DNA of 64,000 nt from Eledone cirrhosa (GCA_964016885.1 OZ024743.1:252464001-252528000), one strand, 5' to 3'; positions 38,359 to 52,557 are shown, counted from the stretch's first letter. Made by a program: numbers and translations. Notes: a model not told the origin generated them from the sequence alone.

Positions 38359-38752
38359 CCGTTTTACGTCCGTTCTTCCACGTTAGCATGGGTTAGACGG
38401 GTTGTCCTGTTGTGGGCAGTGTCTGGTCGGCTGACCTTGTCTTGCTCATACAGGAACTGATTCTGGCTTGATTTCTACAGCTGGGTGCCCTTCCTAACAC
38501 CAACCTCATTTACAGTGAGTGCTGGGTGCTTTTTTTCCGTGGCACCTCCACAACCACTTTGCAGTGGGAGGGTGTGGGGGCATATTGTCTATATGCTCCA
38601 GCTTCGGCTTGTACCCGTGGGAAGTCGGGTACTCTGTATTACTGCGTGACACCAGAGGTCACGGTCGTGTGTCATTGCCTTTGAGAGGTATAATTGGGTA
38701 AGGTCGGCTTTTATCACCTCGTCCCAGGTCTTCTTGGGTCTCCCCACTCCAC
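38323..38752 (-). mobile_element. RTE 3' end with (GAT)n tail
   Basis: [22 protein letters not shown] plus 3' UTR shared with 22140-22541; similar copies at 45640-46165 and 56640-57350. Confidence 0.85.
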
Positions 38753-39119
38753 ATATATATATATATATATACATATATATAAATACATATACATACATAT
38801 ATATATACATATATATAAATACATATACATACATATATATATACATATATATAAATACATATACATACATATATATATACATATATATAAATACATATAC
38901 ATACATATATATATATATACATACTTACACACACACGTGCACACACACACACACATATATATCTATAGAGAGAGAGAGAGAGGTAGAGAGGGGCAGGGGG
39001 TAAATGATAAATATGGAAGGTTAGAATATTGAAACTATGAAATGTAATACAGGCAATGATTTTTCTATATATATGTGATAATGTTATCAGGTAAAATATA
39101 ATGCATCTTGCAATACAAC

Positions 39120-39465
39120 ATATGTACATGAGTGTAGGAACATGACTTTATTGTGACAATTAGTTTAGGAACATGTATATTGTAACACATTAGTGTAGGA
39201 ACATGTTTGTATTGTATCACATTAGTGTAGGAACATATGTATTTTAACACACTTCTGTAGGTACATATGTGTATTGTATCACACTTGTGTAGAAACATGT
39301 ATATTTTAACACACTTCTGTAGGTACATGTGTGTATGTGACACACTTGTGTAGGTACATATGAGTAAAATAACACACTTGTGTAGGAACATGTGTTTATT
39401 CTAACACACATGTGTAGAAACACCTGTGTATAATAACACACTTGTGTAGAACACACTTCTGTAGC
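39120..39465. repeat. ~30-bp degenerate minisatellite (CACACTTGTGTAGGAACATGTGTATT..)
   Basis: About 10 imperfect tandem units visible. Confidence 0.9.
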
Positions 39466-40241
39466 AGAAGGAACAAAAGTCTAACATAAACTTAAGTTAA
39501 AATGAGATGTTAATTTTATTGCCGTTGTTATTTTCTTTAACATTATTATAAACGTAGACGCCAACAGTACGGTACGAAAATATAACACAATATCTTTTCA
39601 TTGGTGCAGTTGTTGTCTTTGATGCTGATACAAACATAGAAAAGAGCATTGAAGTATTCCCACTAGCTATCCTCTTGTTAGTTGTCTATAGTATCATTAC
39701 AAACATAGAGAAGTTGATTCAGAGAAAATGTGTTGTATTTGTTCTGGCTTTTTATGTTCTGAGTTCAAATCCGACCAAAGTCAAACTTTTCCTTTTCCTC
39801 TTCAAAGGTTGATAAAATAAAGTACAACTCAAGTAATAGGGTCCATTTTAATGAAATGTTCTGAGTTCAAAGCTGTGGTAGTTAAAATTTGCCTTCGCCA
39901 TTCACCCTTCCATGGTTCATAAAATAAAGTACTACTAGGGTCAATTTCATTGAAATGTTGGTCATGTGCTTAAATTACTATTATTTTAATTGAATACAAT
40001 ATAAAAGGCAAGCAATCATCTCATTTTTGTTTTACTATCTTATTTTATTACTGTTTGCACTCATTAATCCAAGGCCATGCTTGGACATTTTCTTGAAGTG
40101 ATTTAGTCACATTGAAACCCAGTATTTAAATTGCCAATTCGGGTACTCATTTTATCAAATATTCTTTGTTGAAGCACTAAATTATATACAGAACATAAAT
40201 ATAAGCACTGAGTCACACACACACACATATACACTCACATA

Positions 40242-40331
<90 letters not shown>

Positions 40332-40540
40332 CTCTTTTACTCTTTTACCTGTTTCAGCCATCCGGCTGAACATCCGGCTGAAGCCATGCTGGGGCACCGC
40401 ATATGTATATATATATATATATATATAGATACACATATGTAGGAGGTAGGTTTAATTGTAGCAAAATAAAGCAATGCAAATATGTTGATTTAACACTTCA
40501 CTGCTCGCAAGTGTTTTTTAAGCTTCATATCCTGTCTCCC

Positions 40541-40611
40541 TATTTTATCTGATGAGAACGCAAATATCATCCCATGATGATATTTGGTTTTGAAATGCAC
40601 ATAATAAAATA
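40541..40611 (+). ncRNA. Type I hammerhead ribozyme, near intact
   Basis: TATTTTAT-CTGATGA-GAACg CAAATATCATC ccat GATGATATTTG GTTTT-GAAA-TGCACAT-A-ATAAAATA: 8-bp stem I, long stem II, AUA site at 40601-40603. Confidence 0.85.
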
Positions 40612-40694
40612 CTTGGAACTCTTTTAACCATCTTTTGATCTTATATTATATATATACATATATATATATGTACACACATATGTACACAATTCTC

Positions 40695-40970
40695 AGACCG
40701 GGTGATGTGTTGTTTCCTTTAGCAAGACACTTTATTTCACATTGCTCCAGTTTCCTCAGCTGTAGAAATGAGATGATAGGGACTGGGGTCCCTATCATTC
40801 CACACTGTAAAGTGGACGTGGAGGTGCCACGAAAAAAAGCACCCAGCACTCACTGTAAATGAGGTTGGTGTTAGGAAGGGAATCCAGCTGTAGAAATCAA
40901 GCCAGAATCAGTTCCCGTCCCACCCTTGCAAGCAGGGAAAAAGCGGACGTAAAATGAAATGATGATGATG
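40695..40970 (+). mobile_element. SINE with conserved core-like segment and RTE-derived 3' tail
   Basis: TGTTTCCTTTAGCAAGACACTTTATTTCACATTGCTCCAG..CAGCTGTAGAAATGAG followed by RTE 3' UTR sequence and (GAT)n. Confidence 0.55.
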
Positions 40971-42707
40971 ACACACACACAGATATATATATATATATAT
41001 ATATATATTAGCCGTAGCACTAACGAGTGTGGTTCATTATATCTATGTATATGAAGGTATATATGATATTTTGAAGTATAATAAACATACAGAAATCTGG
41101 GTATGAATATTTAAAAATATTATCATGTCACAGTTATCTCAACCACTGTATGAGAATGCCAAACAAACACGTGTTTCTAGATTTCTGTCCATCATTGGTG
41201 AAATTCATATAAGAATAAGCTTATAATCTATATACTTGTTTGCATATGAAACATCGGATGGATATGCTCATTTGCATATAAAACATATATATATGATATA
41301 CTTCTACAGAGTTTTAGTCTACCAGATTTCACTCACACATCATTGGTAAACTTGAAACTATAGTAAAACACACTTTCCCAATATGCCAGACAGAGGGACT
41401 GAACCCCAAAACATATGATTGAAAAATGAACTCTTTAATCCAATGAACATTCCTGCACATCCATGTTTTTGTTATGTCTAATACAAATTTAGAGAATTCT
41501 AAATATCAAAATTTAGCTATCTGTGCTATTTTTATTGCTACATTGACATCTTTGATTGGAAACTGTTCTAGAATGTTAACATTGTTACCAAAGGAAAAAC
41601 ACAAAAGTGTATATCTCATTTTCTTTTTGCTATTTTGCCTCATGCTTTCCAGACATAACAAAAATAAATGTCAAAACAAATTTTAGAAACTAAGCTTTGT
41701 ATAATCTTGACAAAATGTTGACTTTCTCTAATTCTATTCCATCATATATCTAATGAATGACAATGGCTATGATTTTCAATTAATTACGAATTTGGCGGTA
41801 TTTACCAGTATAATTAAGTTTCACATTATTAAGCTGGTACTTGGAACAGAACTAAAGAAAATTATCATGGAAGGTGTTTAGATGAATATAAACACTTTAT
41901 CATTTTCAATACCATGTCTTTTATGAAAGACATTGCCTATAATTTCAAAATAATTTAGAAAGATTTGGTAGTATAACTAACTTTCTTATTATTAAACTGG
42001 TGTTTGGAACATGACTTAACAAAGGTTCGTACATAAAATTGTGATGAAAGTTAGATAAATATAAACATTTTAAAGCAAATAAATGTGAAACCCTTAGAAT
42101 CTGCATTTCCAAGCAAATTAGAATCAAAAGGGTTAAAATAATGATAAGTATGTCATAAACTAAAAGGTTGTTTAGGACACTATAATCATTATGAAGTTCC
42201 TTTCCTCTACTGAACATCATCAAATTTGAGCTTTTGCACCGTAATGTACCAAAACAACTATGAATTCTAACAAAACAATTACTGCCTCCTCAAGAGGGAA
42301 GACACAGTACACAGCACAATAAACAGTAGAAAAAAATTGTATTTTATTTTTGTTTATCTTCCTTTATTTATAAATAACTGCAATTTAAGCAAAGAAATTG
42401 GAAAATACTTTAAAAAGGAAAATATTTTCTACTCAACTAGATATATTTGAGAAAGAGGTTTGTTTTTGGTGTTGAAAAACAAATGAATTTTAACATAATT
42501 TGCAGTTGTTTAAAAACAAACAAAAACAAGACCAAAACATACAGACATATATAATATAATTTGGAAGAAAAAGGAAAGAATATTTGCATGTAATTTTATT
42601 ATAGAGAAATATTCCTGCAATTATGGTACCATTTTCTTTGAAAATTTCATTGATATCTTCAGACATTTGGAAAACAACAATATATACATATATATACATA
42701 CATATAT

Positions 42708-42742
<35 letters not shown>

Positions 42743-43235
42743 CAGCAAACTAAAAAGAAAGAAATGAATATTCAAATAATTTCACCATCTAATAATATAT
42801 TAGTTTTGCAGTGTAAATTTTATTGTCATTTGGAAATAACAATTATCTGTTTGTTTGTTCTATAATAGTTATCCTTTACACAATTCCTACACTAAATTTG
42901 TATATTCAGAATAAAATTAATTTTATTCAGACACATACCTCCTCTGCTTGTTCTGCACCCTTCACTACAATACCCTCCTTTCCTTCCAGTCACAGAAAAG
43001 CAGACACATAGAAAAACACAATACATGTATATACTGATATACTGTTATTTTATACATTTCTGTTCTTTCCTCATGTGTGTGTATATATATATATATATAT
43101 GGGGGGTATACATATATAGATAGAGACATATACAAGCATATGCATACATACACTTATTCGTTCTACACCTTTATTTTGTAATAAATACACACATACACAA
43201 TACATACATACATAGATATATACATACATATATAC

Positions 43236-43323
<88 letters not shown>

Positions 43324-44172
43324 CTATGGAAAAACGGACGTTAAATAATGATGATGATGACAATGTCTATATATATATATATATATATTTACATATGTAA
43401 CTATATAATATTCCCCTTCCCCTTCTCTATTTCCTCAAGCTATCCATTTTCTTATATTTCTCAAAATAGTCTTTATGCTAATTTTACATTCTTAGAGTCA
43501 ACCAAGCGTGAACATTTTAACATTTTAATTTCTTTTTAATATGTGCTTTTGTCTTTTTTTTTTTTACTCAAAACACTTTTTTTTTGTGTCTTGATAATAT
43601 TTTAAATTGATCCTCCATTTTACAGCCATAATTATAAAGCAAATAATGAAGAAAAAATAATAATGTGATTTACTTGAAAAATGAATTATTCAGAAGAATT
43701 ACATTTTCCAATTTAAAACAAAATTAAATCAGAAAAATAAATAAATAAATTTAAAGAAACTAGAACAAATGTTACAACAACAAGAACAGTGGTAGCAACA
43801 ACAAAAGTAATAGCAGCAATAACAGAAAATGCGATAACAATAATAAAACAAACAACATCAATAAAAGAACATGATAATGATGATGATGAAGATGATGGTG
43901 GTGGTGGTGGTGGTGGTGGTGGTGGTGATAAAAGCAACAACAACAGTGAGTATATGATAACTTTAAACTTGACATATAGTTCTAAGAAAATATACAAAAA
44001 AAAAGATAATGAACTGGTGAGATGTTCTTTTAGAAAATTGTTTCAGTAAAATGTCATTATATATACTTTAGGAATATTAATATTTTATACAACAATATGG
44101 AAAAAAAGATTAGATTGTCCAAAACATAATAGAAATGGAATTTCAGAAAGAAGTGTATTGCTTCGAATTAAT

Positions 44173-44505
44173 TTAACCCGTTTGGTGTCAACCCACCTCA
44201 AAACTAACTCTGGTTCTATAACCACGTTTAAATCAAACTTTTTCATTATAATTTCATATATAAGAACTAAGTTACTATCTTAATCATGAAATAATGATTT
44301 TAGTAAAATGTTCAACGTTCTTCATTAATCAACTGTAATAGAATGTAATTCATTAGAAATACAGTCATGAAAGGTTTAACCTTTTTGATACCAAAGCTAG
44401 CTATGTATCTTCAACACGAGTTTACAAAAATACTGTATGTTAACTTACTATCTTAGTCATGAGATAGTAATTTTAGTAAATCACTCAAAATTCTTCATTA
44501 GAAAG
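44173..44505. mobile_element. Tandem copies of an old TTAA-flanked (piggyBac-like) MITE
   Basis: TTAACCC...AAGGTTTAA ends; related copies at 14320-14670, 41760-42136, 60970-61400. Confidence 0.45.
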
Positions 44506-46164
44506 TTTTAAATGTGTTTTGCTTTTTAAGATACAGGAGCAAAGATTCCCAAGGTGGATTGAGCAAGAATTCCCAAGGATCTGATAAAAAAGACATTTCT
44601 GAGGGTTCCACAAGATAAGGTTGTCCGCTAAAATATTTAATAAGCATTACATTTTATAAGAATAAATTCTCTCCCTAAAAAGCAAATTTTGTTTTATCTA
44701 ATATCTTATTAACTTTTTACATTATGTATCACATGAAACTGTATTAGCAAAACATTTGTGAAACATACAACACAGCACTGTGACTGTTCACATTAAAAAT
44801 TAAATTTTCCAAAGATCAGTCAACTAGTAGAGATTCCTTAGACATTTAAATTAACAAATCATATAAAACTGAAAGTCTTTATTCAATACTGAAAATGTTC
44901 ACAACAATCTGTCCACTAGTGAAGATACTACAAACATTTGAATCAATAAATTTCTTTTTAGGTATTTCATGCTAAATTATTACAGGATGTTATTAGTTAA
45001 AATCACTGTGATGGGGTTTTCTATAAAATATAGGTATAGGTTCCAAAACTTTTTGAAAAATTCTATGCAACAGATGAGAATGGAGATATTTTGGATAATT
45101 ATTCTTAAATTATTTCTATTATTTCAGTCATTGGATTGTGGTTATACTGGGGCACTTGCCTTCTGTGTTAATGTTTTAATTCTTTGATTGGTTTCAGTCA
45201 ATGGACTGTGAACATGCTGGGGCATATATTTTAAACCAAACGGATTTCTATCATAAAACCGAAGGCAGTTGGAAGTGGTTTGGTATCAAAGAAGTTCAAA
45301 TCAATAAATGCAGTGGACATATGTTTAGCATTAAAATATATCTTCTCCTTCTTATGTGTCAACTTTTCATGTTTAGTGTCACTATTGTATGGGTCTTTAT
45401 TTAATTTGATATTATTTTTGGACCATGATAACCTGTCCAAACCATGTCAACATGGACAAACAGTTGCAAAATGATGATGATAAGGGTGATGATGATGAGG
45501 AGGAAAATTGCGGTGGTGATGGTGATGGTGCTGGTGATATGTGACACAGTGAAAACATATCAAAGTCATTTAGGTGGGATATTATATTAGATAAAAAACT
45601 GGAAAAGAAAATACAAACAAATATATGTATTATTATCCTCATCATCATCATCATCGTTTAACGTCTATCTTTCACTCTAGCATGGGTTAGAGGGGTTTGT
45701 CCCACTTGAGGCAATTTGGGTTGTGTGACTGTGTCTCGCTCATATAGGAGTGTTTCTGGCTGGATGTTCTTCCTAACGTCAACCACATTTACAGTGTGTG
45801 CTGGATGTTTTCTACCGTGTCTCCTTCACAACCACTTTACAGGGTGGACTGGGTGCTTTTTGTCATGCCACCTATATGACTACTTTAGTGCAGGCTGGGT
45901 GTTCTATGGTACCAACATAACTTTACAGAGAAAGGGTGGTGTGGGCAGAAGTGGGAGGATGGTGTACAGGGTGTATATTAGATTAAGAAGTGCCTACTGA
46001 CTGTAGGTTTAAGTTTGTATGCAAGGGAAGGCAGGTATTACTGCATAGTGCTAAAGATCTCGATCCTGTGACATTGTCTTAGAGAGGTGAAAATGTGCAA
46101 GGTCAACTTTTATCACCTCGTCCCAGGTTTTTCTGGGTCTAACTATTCTGTAGCTTCCATCAAT

Positions 46165-46224
<60 letters not shown>

Positions 46225-46614
46225 GGTAGAAAATATCAACTATCAAATAAATAAATATATAAATAAAGATAAATAAAAAATAAAAAGAACACACAGGTAA
46301 TTTTTTTTTTTTTTTATATTTAGAAATTTTATGTGAAGAAATAAATATAGCATGGGTGTTAATTCTTCAATTTTGTGTGATTTGTCATCAGTTTAGTGCA
46401 AGAGAGAGAGACAGAGGGAGGGAATAAGAAAGGGGGATGGAGAACGGGAGAGAGGTGGGGAAAGAAAAGATCTCATTATTAAACAGAAACTTATTATTGC
46501 TTTTAACAAGTAATAAATGTCTGCTGCAAGTTAACGGTTTCTGGGTGTTTTCATTATTATTATTACTATGGCCCTCGTGGCCAATAATGAAATAATAATA
46601 ATAATTATTATTAT

Positions 46615-48135
46615 TATTGGCAGAATAATTAAAATGTCAGACAAAATGCTTCAGGTATTTGTTCCAGCTCTTTACATTCTGAGTTCACATTCCACTGAAG
46701 TCAACATTACTCTTCATCCTTCTAAAATTGATTAAATAAACTACTTGTCAAATACTGCTTTTTCCCTAAATTTGCTGGCCTTGTGCCTAAAGTAGAAATC
46801 ATTATTTTAGGTAGAGTAAAGGGCAGTGGATTGGCAGTATCAGTAGAGCATCAAACAACATGCTTGGCTGCATAGGGTTATGGCCCTTTATGTTCTGAGT
46901 TCAAATCCTGCCAAGGTAAGCTTTGCCTTTCATCCTTATGGGATCAATAAAATAAAGTACCAGTCACGCACTAGGGTTGATTTAATGGACTTTACACTTC
47001 CCCCAAATTACTGGCCTTGTGCCTAAATCAGAAACCATTATTTTAGATAGAGAATCAGACAAGATTTGTTTTGGTATTTACAATTTTCTATGTTCTGAGG
47101 TCAAATCATACTAAGGTCAAACTTGCCTTTCATCCACCAGGGTTCAATAAAATAAAATACTAGTCAAATACTGGGGTTGATATAATCGACATTTCTCTCT
47201 CCCACCAAGGATATGTGCCTAAATTAGAATTCATTAATATTATTTTTATTACAATTATTTTCATTGTCATTTGTTGCTTTTGCATTTATTCATCTGTGTT
47301 GTTTGTTTATAAGACATATAAAATATATTACAATGCTTTCTATTATAATTTACATATGCATTTAAAACTAAAACAACATATGTTTGTGTATGATGATTTA
47401 TTTCATTTGCTATTTTTTTCTTTTTCTCTTTTAATGAGACTTAACTACCGATGCCATATCTAGAATCTAGTTGATATGTTAAAGAAATTCATAGCTTGTC
47501 TGCTTTTATATCCTGTTATTATCATCATCATCATCATCATCATCATCCTCTCAATCATTATTGGAGGATTGGCAGTATTGGTAGTGAGGCGGACGCCATG
47601 CTTTGAAGCATAGAATATGTCCCTTTATGATCTGAGTTCAAATTCCGCCGAGGTTAACTTTGCCTTTCATCTTTACGGGGTCGATAAAATAAAGTACCAG
47701 TAATGTACTGGGTAATTGCTGGCCTTGTGCCAAAAGTAGAAACAATTATTGATATTATTATGTTATTTATCTGTTTATGCTTAATTTTATTTATTTCTTA
47801 TATTGCATCTGAAAATAAAAAGAATTGACAATGATGATGATGGTAGTGGTAGTTGTGAGAATGATGATGATTCTGGTGCAGGTGTTGGTGCTGTTGTTGC
47901 TAATGATAATGATGGTGGTGGCAATGATGAGGATAATGATGATAACAATAATAATTGTTTCTATTTTGGGCACAAGGACAGCAATTAATTCAGTACATTA
48001 CTGGTACTTTATTTTATCGACCACGTAAGGTAAAGTTTACCTTGACGAGATTTGAACTCAAAACTTAAAGGGCCGTAACTCCATGCAATACAGCATGGCG
48101 TTCAACCCTCTACTGATACTGCCAATTCAACGCCC
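46615..48135. mobile_element. Cluster of five tRNA-derived SINE copies (four +, one -)
   Basis: Approx. 46618-46803 (+), 46821-47040 (+), 47060-47232 (+), 47563-47750 (+), 47950-48135 (-); core resembles the Meta/MESC-type SINE domain (from memory, needs alignment). Confidence 0.85.
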
Positions 48136-49501
48136 AATAATAATATTGGTTAAAACAAGCAATTTTTATTCTCTGACCAAAAACATTTGGTTTCGTTTGT
48201 CTCCTGTAATTCCAAGATCTAATTGAATTATCCGCAACTTTAAAGTATCACATTTTCTAAATATTTCATGTTTACATAATCTACTTGTTAATAACTCTTT
48301 TTGAAAGAAACAACAAACCCCCAAATGTTACCAGGTAACTAACTTTTTCATTGTCTTCAACTTACTGTCCATTTTGCATTGTTTAGCCTTAAGTAAATAT
48401 ATCACATTCCACATTATAATTCTTTTTCGTTTTTTATTGACATAAGTGTCATTGTTTTTATAATAACATTGACTGTAAAATCATTTTTTAAAACCAGTTT
48501 GATATAAATCCAGATAAGCTACTCCTGGTTCAATGATAAAAACTGTATATTTTAAAGTGCTTATATTTACAAACATTCTATCATTTATCAAGTTATGCTC
48601 CAATATTAGCACAACACATTTTTTCTAGCTGAGAGGATGGGAGGAATGTTAAATAAATTGTCTTGCTCAAGAGCACATCAGGTCACTCAGTCTGTGAATC
48701 AAACTCCCAACTTTATGACTGTGAGACCCTAACCTTTAAATAACGCACCTTCTGATTCAAATAACCACACACACACACACACACACATTGATACATTGAA
48801 AATATGTTATTCCAATTCAGATTTTAATCAATTTATCCTCTAGTAGTTAAAAGAAAACATACATCTAACCTATCAATGCCAAAATGTTTTGGTAATTTTA
48901 CAAAATACCAAACTATAAAAAAAACTGAAAATAAAAATAAAAATCATTTTCCAAATTCACTTAAAATTTACCAACAAATATTACAATTCAAGTTTTACAT
49001 ACTTTTGGTAACTGACTTGAATTTCCATTAATTTTTGGTGAAATATTTTCAATTAAAACAAAAAAATAAAGAACAATAACAAAAAGCAAAGTTTTTAGCA
49101 AGAAAAAATACCCCCCACCCAACAAAAAAATTCAATTTATTTAATACAAACTTATTCTTATGCTTTTTTGGTGATATATTGATAATTAGTTCATTTATTT
49201 ATTTATCATTAACATTTTTTAAAAATTTATGTCTACTTAAATAAATATGACTAGTTTTTAGAAAATAATAAACAACATTAGCAATAATAATAATAATAAT
49301 TCTGGCAATAATGATAAGAAAGTACATTTGGAGAAATTGACATTCAAATTACATTAAAAATTCAATATGTAATTGAAGAGAGATATAAATATATTTTTTT
49401 TAGAGCAATATTGTAAATACTAAATAGATTTTAACACTTTCGTAAGCATGTTTCTAATGAAAGATACTGCCTATGATTTGTTTGCAAGTATGGAAAAGTA
49501 G

Positions 49502-49580
<79 letters not shown>

Positions 49581-49652
49581 TAGTAGAGGAGCGATTGAAT
49601 TGCGTTCAAAGGTGGTATGCCAAGAAAGCATTCTTGGGGAGCAGAGCATAAA

Positions 49653-49835
49653 TAATAATTGTTTCTACTTTTGGCATAAGGCCAGTAATTATCCCAGTAC
49701 ACTACTGGTACTTTATTTTATGGACCCCATAAGGATGAAAGGCAAAGTTAACCTTGGTGTGATTTGAATTAGAATATAAAGGGATGTAACTATGCTGTAA
49801 AGCATGGCATCCGATCCTCTACCGATACTGTCAAA
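49653..49835 (-). mobile_element. tRNA-derived SINE
   Basis: Reverse complement of family consensus. Confidence 0.88.
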
Positions 49836-49861
49836 ATAATAATAAAGAGGAACCACTAATT

Positions 49862-49953
49862 ACATATTACATATGTTTCACTGCCAATCAGCTCGAGGAA
49901 CAATCGAATAATGTCCATTCATGAATCTGGAATCGGAAGCTCCTCAGATATGT
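49862..49953 (-). ncRNA. Type I hammerhead, long stem II (left arm)
   Basis: Reverse complement of 50000-50091; differences confined to distal stem II. Confidence 0.85.
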
Positions 49954-49999
49954 GTTTTCACATGTAGACGCACATCCAAATGTGTCCACATGAGAGAAA

Positions 50000-50091
50000 A
50001 CATATCTGAGGAGCTTCCGATTCCAGATTCAGGAAAGAACATTATTCAATCGTTCCTCGAGCTGATTGGCAGTGAAACATATGTAATATGT
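50000..50091 (+). ncRNA. Type I hammerhead, long stem II (right arm)
   Basis: ACATAT-CTGAGGA-GCTtCCGAT...ATTGGcAGT-GAAA-CATATGT-A-ATATGT: 6-bp stem I, palindromic stem III ACATATGT, GUA site ending 50085. Confidence 0.88.
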
Positions 50092-50157
50092 AATTAAATA
50101 AGTATATGATGCAATACTGATTCTTCGTCATTATTATTATTATTATTATTATTATAA

Positions 50158-50350
50158 GGGCAGTGGATTGGCCGTATCGGTAGAGGGTTGGACGCCATGC
50201 TTTGTAGCATAGAGATACGCCCCTTTACGGCCTGGGTTCAAATCCCACCAAGGTTAACTTTGCCTTCCATCCTTACGGGGTCGATAAAATAAAGCACCAG
50301 TAATACACTGGGATAATTGCTGGCCTAGTGCCAAAAGTAGAAACAATTAT
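50158..50350 (+). mobile_element. Full-length tRNA-derived SINE with (ATT)n tail
   Basis: A-box-like TGGCCGTATCGG, B-box GGTTCAAATCC, family core. Confidence 0.9.
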
Positions 50351-50597
50351 TATTATTATTATTATTTTTATTTGTCTAAGCGTATTTGCTCGCTCGCAGT
50401 AAGTCGCTTTATTTGCCTGTTAAAATTATTTTTTGTTAAATATTTCTTGTTGTGTAAGGGATATAAGCCCTTAGACTTTGCCCCGTGTAGGGGAAAGTAT
50501 AATATTTGGGCCTTTTGGCCCAAATATTTGACCTTTTTTTACATGTTAAAAAATTTACGAAAAAAAAAAACATGGCTGAGCCACCCCCACCAGCGAT

Positions 50598-52557
50598 ATG
50601 TCGCTGTCGTGCGACAACGACGTAGAAGTTGAGAGGAGCGCTACAGCGAAATTAACACACATTGATAACACAAACACCACCACAAACAATGTAAACAATG
50701 ATACCAATGAGAACTCTAATTTTGAAAAAAATTACAGTAACAGCGACAACGAAAATACAGATAACAAAAAAGAAAATAACAAATACAACAACAATATCAA
50801 CACCACTAACATGAAAACAAATAGCGACAACAGCAACAATACCAACTGCACCGAGAACAACGGTGGCAACAAAGACAACAATGATAACAGCGACAGTGCT
50901 AACAACAACACCAACAAGAACAACGACAACAACACCCCCAACGAAAACAAGAAGAACACTGTCGCTGTGGCAGCAGCAAAAAAAGAGGCCTTGCTTCAAC
51001 ATGGACCTCTCAAACAAAGATGAAAAGTTGGCCCAGGCATGGAAGCTCATCAAGCAAGAGCAAACTTGGGCCAACTTAACTGTCCCGGTAGAAGCTATTG
51101 AGGCAGTGGAGCGCAGAACGGTGCATTATAGATGCATCTCGGCACAAACCAAAAGGGCAGCTTTAATCCCACAAGAAGATGTCGAAGTCGCGCTGAGGTG
51201 CATCAGAGAAGACACCCAGTACATAGAGAGGGGCAGACAGTACGGCACCATTTCGGTGTTGTTCAAGTCAGAAGCCCTCGCTATGAAACACGCTATGACT
51301 CCTTGCAAAACCAGCAAGGTCATAATGTACCCCTCCCACATGGGAAAAAGAACAGCCCGTCTCCGCATTTTCCCAGAATCCCACCAGGACTTGACATGTG
51401 GTGGCTTCTGGGATGTGTGATTGTGGAGGGGACGGATACAGTCCCTATAGAAGTGACCAGAACGGCCAGAGAGGACTGGTCCGGGGTTGACCTGGAGATC
51501 CTTCTCGAGATCAGGCCCGAGAATGTGAAGACAATCCCGGACCACATCCGCCTTCACAATGGGACTGTCATTCACATTATGACCGAAGGCAAAAGGCCAC
51601 AGTGTTTTGTTTGTCGGGATAAAACCCATTTGCGAGCCTTCTGCCCTCAACTTCTGAAAGAGGCAAGGGGTAGAAAGGCTCCACTGCTGCCGACGCCGGG
51701 GCGAGGGCCACAACCAACCCCAGCACCGGCAAAACCACCAACAACAACACCAATAGAAAGACCACCACCAACATTGACCACCCAGGGGGGAAACGAGGAA
51801 AGCTGTCAAATTCCCCCCCCCCCCCCAAATACACACACCAATAAAACCATAAACATACATACAGACACACTTACAGACACAGACCCCTCATCTACCAGTA
51901 GTGAAAATGAGGGAAATCCCAAATCCCCCAAAATACAGAAAAGGAAACACAAAAAGAAAAAAAAAACTCAACAATGCACAAAAGCACCAACAATAAAAAA
52001 CGCAGACACCACCCACGCAAACATCTCTCCAATAAGACCACCATCAAGACCACCATCACCATCACCAGAATCCCCCAAACGCAAACAACTGAAACAGACG
52101 CAAGAACAAATATACACACAAACATCTGAAACCACAGACACCGCACTCACAACAAACACAGATACAACCGAAACAACACCACCAAAACCATCACCACCAC
52201 AGCCATGCACACAAATACAATCACACCAACAAAACATACAAAACTTCGTGCTCGTCAGGAGGGCCAACAAGGAACTGATGGCCCTCGTAGCACGAAGTGA
52301 AAATATACAAAAAGAGGGGGAATTCTTAAATCGAGCACATTTCCCGTGCCGGAAGATTTGGTTCTGGTGCGAATGTCGCTCGACATATTCAAAGAAATAC
52401 AAGACAGCTTTCCTCGGGACGTGGGAACCCCGAACGTAAAATGCACTTCAAGACTTTTAAAGGGGTTCCCAAAAGAAACCACACTAACTATGGAGGTCGA
52501 ACAACCCGACCTTCATAGAGCCCGGAAGGTAAGTAAACCCTCCTCACTCTCTGTTTA
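50598..52557 (+). pseudogene. Tx1 ORF1 (gag-like, CCHC knuckle, Asn- and Pro/Thr-rich low-complexity segments), frameshifted
   Basis: Pieced from ORFs 50598, 50863, 51132 and 52346. Confidence 0.8.

Larger units (their letters stand above)
49857..50129. mobile_element. 240-nt hairpin element consisting almost entirely of two inverted hammerheads
   Basis: Arms 49857-49975 / 49980-50096 with a ~4-nt loop, 33-nt right extension, then (ATT)n. Confidence 0.9.

Noticed and set aside
42600-42680. Protein-like stretch MSEDINEIFKENGTIIAGIF
   Set aside because: Short, no splice signals, no recognisable family.
42935-43010. Possible minus-strand host exon ending GAG|GTATGT
   Set aside because: No clear acceptor, recognisable peptide or partner exons; would need RNA-seq.
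50158-50260. tRNA gene
   Set aside because: A/B boxes belong to the SINE head; no cloverleaf.
50598-51023. Independent Asn-rich host gene
   Set aside because: Lies within the Tx1 element and joins ORF1 by a frameshift at an A-run.
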